Source of the DNA: Takakia lepidozioides | Taxonomy: Eukaryota > Plantae > Bryophyta | NCBI GenBank assembly: GCA_030704615.1 | Contig: CM060733.1 | Coordinates: 20,770,001-20,834,000 of the forward strand | DNA length: 64,000 bases | Reading direction: 5' to 3' | In this document: one piece after another, positions 48,000 through 57,429 of the stretch | Layout: each line of letters begins with the position of its first letter | How positions within the stretch are numbered: position 1 is the stretch's first letter | The notes under the pieces: generated by a model | Database searches by the model: none | Seen by the model: only the letters and a program-made list of their open reading frames with translations | What the model was told of the DNA's origin: nothing | Translations under genes and position numbers: made by a program

Positions 48000-50900
48000 T
48001 TACTGATTTCTACTAGCAAACCTTTGTGAGTGAGCACCTTCTTGACGTTGAGAGTTTGGTGGCGGACTGTGTGTACGAGCCCGAGGTCTGTCTCTGGTTG
48101 ACGGAGATGGTTGATCACTACCTGGATAAGTGAGGCCCTCTGGAGGCTGATATCGAGGTAACCTTTCCGGCATAGGAGACCCCCGTCGCTTCTTCTCTGC
48201 CATCTGAATTGCATAGTCTTCTCCCATGTCAAAAGAATTCGGTGAAGAAACAGTTGTATCAGAATCCTCATCGCTTCTCAGGTGTTTTAATTTTCGAACT
48301 TTTTGTGTAATCATCTGGGGCATACAATGCTGTCCTACCATGTCTGGAAGTTTGTATTTTACAACATGGTGTAACCGCTGAACAGCAAAATTGGTATAGA
48401 CACTGAGCTCCTTGTCTGTCCAGGTGAGTGGGGTACCAATTACTGGTGCAGCGTGCAAGTATTTCCATGCCACATGTCTCTTATAGAAAATGTCATCAAT
48501 GCCGAATTTCTGTGTTGACAAATGGTTGCAGGCCGCTTGAAACCATGAACGAATTTGAGAATCCTTTTGCATCATAACTTTTGGGTCATATAGGTACATA
48601 TGAGGTGGCACCGAAGGTAATACCCAATGATCTCCACTGGAATAACTTTGAAAGCGTGTTTGCATCTTTTGTTGCTCAATGTGGTAACGTACCAGAAAAC
48701 AAGCAGCGTAGTATAACCCGCACCCCATGACAATACTTGCTATCTCCTTGGTCTTGGTATAAATGAGTCCATGTACAACCTGGAAAGCAATCAATTCCCT
48801 CAACATGGTACCTGCCTCGTGCCAGTATTGTGCAAAGTGATGATCTTCAATATGTCGATTGTTCGGAAGAACTTTAGTCCTAGTTGCCACTGGCAGCCAA
48901 ATACGCATGATTTGGTAGTAATGTGCGAATAACTGCGGAGGACTAAATTCTTTCCAAGCCAAATCCAACATGATGGGAATTTGGTTGAAGGGCATAATCA
49001 TAGCCCTACTGTACTCCCTTGCAGCTGGAGTTTTAGGTGGGTTAAAAGCGGCATTGCCCCATACCTCCGGCTGTGGTGGCTGTGGTGTGGTTGTAGTAAC
49101 CACAGGTTCAACTACTGGTACAGTGACTTGTTGTGGTGGTGGTGGTACTGGCTCTTGTATCATTGGCATCTCCTGCACCTCCTGTGAAGACTGGAAAGCC
49201 AAAGTTCTGGCTTGTAAATAAGAAGCCATTAGCTGTTCGTGAGGGATATAGACTCTTTGGTCGATGTTTGAAGTGAGGTCTTCCACTTGAGTCTGGAGTC
49301 CGTCTACATCCTCTTGTAACTCTGCTATCCTACTATAGACATTGTCTATAGTAGTTGTGGCAATGTTCTGCACTTGCAGCCTGAGCTCATTCATCTCGCT
49401 TTGGGTGAGCTTCCGTGGTGCTTTGCCCTCTACTGGCCCTTGTGCTAACCAGACCTGCATAAGGCTGTTATCCACCAAGTTGCTTGTGGTTCCCCTGAGA
49501 GTTTGCTCCTCTCTCAACTTGTACAATTCCAACTGCTGTTGTAAAGCCTCCATGCGCTTCGCCTGAGGTTCAACCAATTGCGCATAAGCAGCAAGTAGAT
49601 TATTGGCTTCCTTCCAAGCCTTGTTATTGACCACGATTTCATTTCTATTGGCCATGATTGTTTGTTGCAACTCCACGATGTGCTTCTCTTGATCAGCTTC
49701 AATCTGCCTGTATTGCTTGAAAGTATCTTCATTGCGACAGATTGTATTCTTCATATCGACAATGAGCTTCATTTGCTCAACATTCTCTTCTTCTGCCTTC
49801 GTACATTTTTCCGCTTGACTGTTTATTTCTTTTGTTGATTGGTCAAGCATAGTTGTAAATGTAGCACATTGTATCGCCATTCTGTTATGCACTGTCTGCA
49901 ACTCCGTATGTAGTGCATTCAGTTCTTGCAACTTGCTTTCATGCTGCACCTGCATTTGGTATAGCTGTTGCTTATGTGCTTCTTGCAACTGGTCTTGCGC
50001 GAGGCCTGCCTCAATCAATTGTTGCTTGGCCAATTGCAAAGCCATTTCTGTATTTCCCAAGTCCTGCTTCATCTTGAGAGTGACCTCTTCATCGACCTTG
50101 TTTGCACACTCAGTGGCAAGTCGAGCCTCAAACTCCTTCCTGAGTTCCTCTTTCAAGGCTGTCAATTGGGTAATTGGAACATGGGATTTGACATAAGTCC
50201 CCAACAAATTAAGTGTCATGCCTATGGAACTCATCAGCATTGCCTGTTGAGGGTCATCATGGTGAGGTTGCTGCTGTTCCTCCTGATTTTCAACAGTGTG
50301 ATGTCTCACTAACCATTCAGGCCATTGTCCCACCGGATTTTCTTCTTGAACTACTTCATCTATCACCGGTGCTACAGTGTCATGACCTTCCGCCTGTGGT
50401 ACCTCCGGCACAGGTGTGTGTATTATATGCACCTCAGGATTTCCCTTGGGCAACTGCTGCACCTCTGGGATTTCTGTCTCCTTGACCAGACCAGAATATT
50501 CATAGAGAAGGTCCCCTTCTCTATTTCTGCCACTATCTGTTCTGTAGTTGGAATATCTAACCCTTCACTTTCCAAATCAATTATTTCTAGTTGAGCTGCA
50601 TGGATAACTTGTGACCTTGTGACAAGTCGTTCAGGTGGCTGTGATGGTTGTGATGCAGAAGTAACTTCCTCCTCCCTCTCCGAAGGTCCTGCTTCCAGTA
50701 ATAGCATTTCTCTGTGCTGCTGTGCCCCTTCCTGGCCATGAGCTTGGGAAACATTATCATGCGGAATCCGTGAAGCCGGTGGATCCGCCACTACAGTCTT
50801 TCCCCGTCTCTGCCTCTTAGTCTCGGGTTGCCCTGCTAGTCCACCCTCACTATGTGAAGAGCCTTGCTCTTCCATTGCAGTTGTTTCTGGCTCAAACACT

Positions 50901-52213
50901 CCCATTTCCTTTCTTTCTTGCGCATTAAGTATGCCAGAATCAAGGATTATTTGAGCAATGATTGGGCTAGACACTATTATAGGAGACTTTGCGGTAGTAC
51001 CTTGTAATCTTTTCATCTCCTCTACCAGTGCGTTGTACATTATGTCCGCCCATTGTACCTCTCGTCCCTTCAGGCCTTTGAGTATTTCCTCCGTGAAGGA
51101 TCTGCTCAAATACTGTTGGTTCTGTTTCATGGCAATCAGAACGTTCAATACCTGGCCTACCTCTTTTAACCCTGGGTACACAGCCTTGGTACAAGCATAA
51201 CCCTGAGTTTTAAAGAAACTCCCTTCTTGGAATAAGTCCTCTATTTGCAGTTTTGCCCTGTGTTGCTCCACATGCACCTGACCTGCTGGTAATCGAAACA
51301 ATTACTGGAGGTATAGGGGAGTAATTATTAATTCAACTCCCTTCACCGTTGTTGTTCCTGTCCTTGGCTCAAAGTTCTGCAAAAATTGTAACATGTACTG
51401 TCTATGGTGTAGTGTCCAATCTAGGCTTTGCAATCCTTGCAATCTCAGTTCCTCCAGTATCTGTATCGCCTGTGGGGTAGCAATTGTTTGTTTCTGCAGA
51501 ATCGTGGTGCTCTTCACCCTGATTTCCTCCATGCCTCTCACTCTCTTCATTTTAGACTCACCGAACTGTTTTGGCTGTAACAACTGTAGGAATGCCTGTA
51601 GTGCACAAAGCATGAACGTATGGTTGCCGCAGAAAGCTATGGGTAATTTCTTGTAAGCCTGCGGGGCTTGCAAGCATCGCTCAAGAGAAAAGCTCCGCTC
51701 TATCCTTTCGTGTCTATGCCACTGCGTAACTAATATTGCGAGCGTATAGTCTGTTAGTTCCTCCATAGTTTCCAAGGTATAGCATTGATGGTCTGTACTG
51801 TCGAGACGCCCGTTACTCAGAACGACGCCGCCTCTTGCGCTCAATTTCCCTCCATTTTCTTGATCCTTTCTCTGGTTTTCTATTGGCTGTATCTGCTGTG
51901 ACTGGATTTTAGATTTTATCTTCTTTAGTGGACTTTCCCTGTTGGATAGTCCACTAGGATCACACATGTGATAAGAATTCGGCTTTTCTGTACTTGCCGT
52001 TCGTTCCGTTTCCCTTTTTCCGTACTCATTAATGGGCCCGCCTTTCATCCCTTTTGACGGCCGTTCTTGTCCTCTTTCTTTTTGACACCTGTTCTTGCAC
52101 TTCCTTCTCGGCTGTGTGTCGCGCCCTGACCTCCACGTGTCCATTTTTAAAGTAATTTCCGTTTCCTCTTCCGTCAGCCATTTTCCTGAAGTTATTATGT
52201 GTCCACTTGTCAC
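48000..52213 (-). pseudogene. Post-integrase extension ORF, copy 2 (stop at 51302, 1-nt deletion in a G-run at ~50513)
   Basis: ORF pieces 51302-52213, 50423-51301 and 48000-50462 align with copy 1 10212-14452. Confidence 0.85.
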
Positions 52214-52225
52214 TGATTCTATGGA

Positions 52226-54165
52226 TCATGTAACTTTAGTAGGCTGTGTTGAGCTGTGACAGGCTGTGTCATACTGTGTTACGCTGTGATAGGCTGTGAT
52301 GCACTGTGGTAAGCTGTGATAGGCTGTGACACGCTGTGGTAGGTTGTGATAGGCTGTGTTGCGCCGTGCTGGGCTGTGATAGGCTGTGTTGCGCCTTGCT
52401 GGGCTGTGATAGGCTGTGTCATGTCGTGATGGGCTGTGATAGGCTGTGCTTTGCCTTGATGGGCTGTGATAGGATGTGTCACGTTTGTTTTGCCCACCCT
52501 GGTCATATATGCTGGGCCTAGCGACAAGTGTTCCATACTCCGTTCGTAACACTGGTGCAGCCCGTGACTGCTCTTGCGGTTCAACATGCAAATCATGCTG
52601 CAGGGGTTTGTCATGGATACCACTGTACCCCTTCAACTTATTTGCATTGACTCTTCACAGCATTTCTTTGTTAATGGTTTGTAACATGGCGATGTTGTTA
52701 TCATACATCTTTTGTATGACATAAGGTCCTTTCCACTGTGATTTAAGCTTAGAAGCTTGAATCTTTCCTTTCTTCTGCAACCATAAAACCAAATCCCCCG
52801 TCTTAAAAGTCTTTAACTTGCCTTCATCAAACTGTTCCTTTCGCTTCATCTGAATTCTGGTCATATTATCAGCTGCATCAGCACGTACTTCTTCCACATG
52901 GTATAATTCATGTTTCCTGACCTTGATGGAGTCTTGCAATTCCATTCTTTTTCCCCACTCCGTTCTCATGGTAGGTAACAGGAATTCCACTGGAAGTAAG
53001 GCTTCCATGCCATAAACTAATTGGAATGGTGTATACTTAGTGGTGACTTTATATGAGGTCTTGTATGACCACAAAGCTGTCAGCAGCTTTGTATCCCAAT
53101 CCGTTCTGTTTGCATTGACTATCTTAGCCAAGATAGTACATAGTATTTTGTTGGTAGCCTCTGCTTGCCATTACCCTGTGGGTAATATGTTGTACTCTTT
53201 CTATGCACAATCATAAACTCTTTAGTCAACAACTCAATGGTCTCATTCATGAAGTGACTTCCTTGATCACTGATAAATTCTAAGGGACAGCCAAATCATG
53301 TAAGTATGTTCTCGTACAGGAACCTTGCTGTGGACTTGGCTGTGTTGTCCCTCAAAGCTTTAGCTTCCACCCACTTTGTAGTATAATCAGTGGCTGTAAT
53401 TATGTACCTGTTTCGTGTATTCTTGGATGGTGGGTTAATTGGTCCAACAAAGTCTAGTCCCCATTTCTGAAATGGTTCCGTAGGCATTGTAGGATGCAAG
53501 GCCATCCTTCCAGATCTCTGCAAAGGTCCTAGCCTCTGACATTCATCACACTTCTGACAATACTCGTGTACATCTTTGAACAAAGTAGGCCACCAGTATC
53601 CTGCGAGTAGTATCTTTCTACTGGTAGTCTCTTCTCCAAAATGTCCTCCAGCCACTCCTTTATGAACTTCCGCCAAAACTTTATTTACTTCATGGTGGTA
53701 CAAGCATCGTTTTAGTACTCCATCAGGTCCTAACTTATACATTCTGCTTCCTACCATAGTATAAGGTAAAGCTTTGATAGCGATTCTCTTCCTCTGCTCT
53801 TTACCATAACTAGGTGGGCACTGACCATGAGCAAGGTAGTATCTGATTGGCCACTGCCAATCTAACCATTCATCTGCACTTCCTTGCACCTCCATTACAA
53901 ATAAACTCGCATCAGGTAACTGATCGTCCACTCCTGTGGCGGCCTCTCCTGTTGTTAGTCGTGACAAATGATCTGCCACAAGATGCAAACGGCTAGGCTT
54001 GTAAATAACCTCGAACTCAAACTCATGCAAGATTATTAACCATCTTGCTATTCTTCCGCTTATCAGAGGTTTGTTTACCAGGTATATCAGAGCCTGGTGA
54101 TCCACATAGAACATAAACTTCTTGCCCAACAGGTAATGCCTGAATTTCTTCACTGCATAGATCAT
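52226..54165 (-). pseudogene. pol: RNase H end and integrase, copy 2 (frameshifted)
   Basis: Near-identical to copy 1 8229-10200. Confidence 0.9.
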
Positions 54166-54629
54166 TGGGGGGCTGCTATTTCATGAGCCATGAGCCATGA
54201 GCGGCATGAGCCATGAGCAGAGTCGTAAGTGTGGAAAAAAACATGAGCAGCACTATTTTCCGGAAATGAGTGTCCGCGGGAATAGGGTTTAGGGTGCCAC
54301 GGTCATAGGGGGAGAAGGACCTCCCGATGAAGGAGGTTCGGCAATGTTATTTAGAATTATATATTGAAAGGCAATGTTTCGCGAATGGTAGGGTGGTACT
54401 GCTTTGTACAATGGGGGCCCATTTCAGCCTACCAGCCATTTGCAAAATTCACCCACACTCCCAATCCCAAACGAAATGAGCAATGACGCATTCTCGGAAC
54501 GATGGACACAGAATAGAATAAAAAGAGGGCACAATGAGGTTTTTATTGATCCACATGAATTGCATTTGAAGCACGTCTACTGTGCTGATTGTGCCATCAA
54601 TCTTGAGCCCTGTGCCTACTGAATACAAG

Positions 54630-55191
54630 TCACGTTGTCAATGGGACTTCGACTGCTCTCAGAACTAGCTCATGAGTCATGGGCTCCTCCATGTAAAGTC
54701 GATTGCAGCCGTTGTACCGCCCCTAGTGATGTTCACCACAATGTCCTGCCCTTCAATCATACCACCATCGAATATGGAAATCTTCACGTTTTCGTCGTCC
54801 ACACCAATGCGAATGTCCCCATACAATGGAGAAGAGGAGCGCACTCCTCGAGGAGAATAGGTCTCTCCGATGGAGTCCACCCACGTCCAATGGCAGCAGT
54901 TCCACCACAACAGCATAGCAGTGCGCCTTCTTCTGCATGGGTGACCGTCGTAGCTGGGAAAATCGGAATCGAGGATGCGCAGGAGCCACGGACTCCTCAA
55001 ACCAAGATCGTCACCCTGCTCGAAGGCGTAGTGGCCTACGATATACTCAAAAGCCACCAATGTTTCCACAATCGAACCAGTATCTTCTGTGTAATCTGTG
55101 TACCAGATAACAATGTCTCCCGATGTGGCCGAATACATTGCATAATCGATGCCTCCAAAGGGCAGTCGTCCCGGTTCCGGAAGCACGGCAT
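54630..55191 (-). CDS. Unknown ~187-aa protein, paralog A (two 1-nt deletions at ~55158 and ~54682)
   Basis: MPCFRNRDDCP(F)GGIDYAMYSATSGDIVIW...PLYGDIRI...FDGGMIEGQDIVV...FTWRS(PM)THELVLRAVEVPLTT*; collinear with paralog B. Confidence 0.75.
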
Positions 55192-55740
55192 CCTTGCAAA
55201 GGAGGACCTGAGGACGACTTGGATGCCGATGACCTTGCGGACAGCTACGAAGCCCTTAGATTTTGGAAATGATACGAAGCGGAAGAGCAGTCCGGCCTCC
55301 AATAATGGAGCATCTGGGTCACACGTACCCACCGACGGAGGTGGAACGTGTTCATCACGCCAGCGGTGGATGAAGCCATACATCTTTCTCATCAACAAGT
55401 TATAGTTTGAGATCTGCCACCGAAGTCCATCCCCCCGGATGGAAATTCGGCGCCGCATTTACATCGAAGAGGGGATGGACTTCGTCGTGTCCAGTGGCTA
55501 TCGGCCCACCTGGCAGTGACTGCCCATAGTTTGCATGGCAGGGTAGGAAACTGAAACGGCTACATTCATGCAGCAGCCAATCTTCATCGGTCCAGGATCC
55601 TGTAGGGGGGAATTTAAATGTGCCCTGGAGTGTTTGTGAGGAATTGCAGCGTTAGCTTGAACTTTTTCCAGCCACCGCGCTGCTCCTCCTCCATCCGGGA
55701 GCTGCTGTCATTGAGCGTACTCCGCTACTCTTTTTCAAGG

Positions 55741-56318
55741 ATGCCGTGCCGCCGAAATCCAGCCGACTGCCCTTATCATGGCCACGATTATGCTATGTTC
55801 AAACCAAAATCAGGAGACATCATTGTCTGGCTCTCTGTTTTCACAGACGCTGCTGGAATCAAGCAAGAGTCTTTGCGCGCAATGGAGTATCTGGAGGGCT
55901 ATTACCGCTTTGAGCGAGGTGAGGGCGAGGGTCAATGCGGTCCGTGGGTCCTGAAAATTGTTGACCTCGATATACCAAGCTGGAAAGGGATGCCGGATAG
56001 ATCATGCACGGCCTCGCTTTGGCGCTGGAACTGTGCCAGTGGACCAGGGAGGACGGCACCGGGGAAAACTATATACGTGCAGATCACTCCGCTCTTCCAG
56101 TGTATGGAGACATTCGGCTGCGTTGCGAAGACGAATCGCACGGGCACATGAGGCCCACAGTGACCTTGTCAATGTATGATGGTGGTATCATTGATGGACA
56201 TGACATTGTCGTCGGCTCCAGCAAGGGCAGCAGAACGACCGAATTGCAGTTTACCTCGAGGTGCCGCAGCAGTGATGAGCTTGTTTTGAGGGGTATCGAA
56301 GTTCCGTCGACTTGGTGA
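55741..56318 (+). CDS. Unknown ~192-aa protein, paralog B (one 1-nt deletion at ~56034)
   Basis: MPCRRNPADCPYHGHDYAMFKPKSGDIIVW...WNC(C)QWTREDGTGENY...PVYGDIRL...YDGGIIDGHDIVV...ELVLRGIEVPSTW*. Confidence 0.75.
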
Positions 56319-56575
56319 AGCCCATGTAGAAGGAGGAAGGGCTTAGTTTTGTCTACAGTTGGTAAATGTGAGACATCGTGTCCGATCAATAAACCCATCG
56401 TACCTCACTTCTGTATGATTGTGTTTCATTGTGTTGAATAACTGTCGGAATTGGCCCACTGTTTACAATTTGATGTCTCATTTCTACAATGTGTCTGTCC
56501 GGATGAATATAGCAGAGTAACCGGTATGTGAGTCATGTGTCAAGAATATACCAGAGTAACGCCATGTCGGACATT

Positions 56576-57292
56576 GAAATGCGGCACCGCATTTCCATGT
56601 CCGCATCGAAATGCGGCACCGCATTTCCATGTCCGACAAGAAAATGTGCATCATTTCCGTCCAGGTACGAAATACCAACACGGGTCTATAATTGATCAGA
56701 AAACGAGGTTGGCATTGCAATGCGGCGACGCATTTCCAGCTTGGCAATGGAAACTTCTTTTTGGACAAGGGAATGCGGTGCCGCATTTCCGTACAAACCT
56801 TCGAAAGTGTGACATTTCCGACCAGCGCGATGGAATGCGTTACCGCATTCCGAGAGAGGGTCTGCAATGGACAAATTGCGATGTCCGTTCTGGAAATGCG
56901 CGCCGCATTTCCATGTCCGTCATCGACTTTTTTTACAATGGAATGCGGTGCCAATTTTTTGCTGATGGGCCTGCAGTTCGAACAACGACCATCCCCAATA
57001 CTGAAATGCGGCACCGCATTTTCAATCCCGCCATGACCTCCTTGTTCGACCTCGTTGTTCGACCTCTGTAAGCGTGGTGGCATCCATGCAATGAGCGGGA
57101 GAGGCCAAAACTGGCGTGTGGACAAAGGAAATTTTGGAAATGCGGCACCGCATTTCCAATTCAGATTACTTTTTACTATGCCAACATTGAAATGGAAAAA
57201 TTTAGTCCCTCCCCTGTTTTGGAAATGCGGTGCCGCATTTCCAAAAAGGTTCTTAGAGTTGCCAAAATTTTGGAAATGCGGTGCCCCATTTC
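56576..57292. repeat. Array of ~11 interspaced 22-bp palindromes GGAAATGCGG(CA/TG)CCGCATTTCC
   Basis: Copies start near 56576, 56608, 56717, 56769, 56832, 56892, 56940, 57003, 57136, 57221 and 57272. Outliers at 55441, 58594 and 59827. Confidence 0.92.
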
Positions 57293-57429
57293 TGATTTGG
57301 GGAGGCGTGTTTGGTTTGGCGATTGTGTGGCTGGAATGCACACTGAAGAGGGGTCACGAATGTCGGGCAGAATTTCCTTTATATACTCTGGAAAGAAATT
57401 TACATTTACAGAGACTTCATTAAAATTCT

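Larger units (their letters stand above)
46976..54166 (-). mobile_element. Ty3/gypsy copy 2 (RH end, IN, repeat, extension, PPT, 3' LTR 46976-47961), interrupted at 54166 by another element
   Basis: Collinear with copy 1 from [13 protein letters not shown] to the LTR end; PPT at 47962-47978. Confidence 0.93.

Noticed and set aside
56576-57292. Bona fide CRISPR array
   Set aside because: Eukaryotic, intron-containing context; no cas genes; spacer lengths vary from ~10 to ~110 bp; repeats occur in both orientations and also singly in introns.
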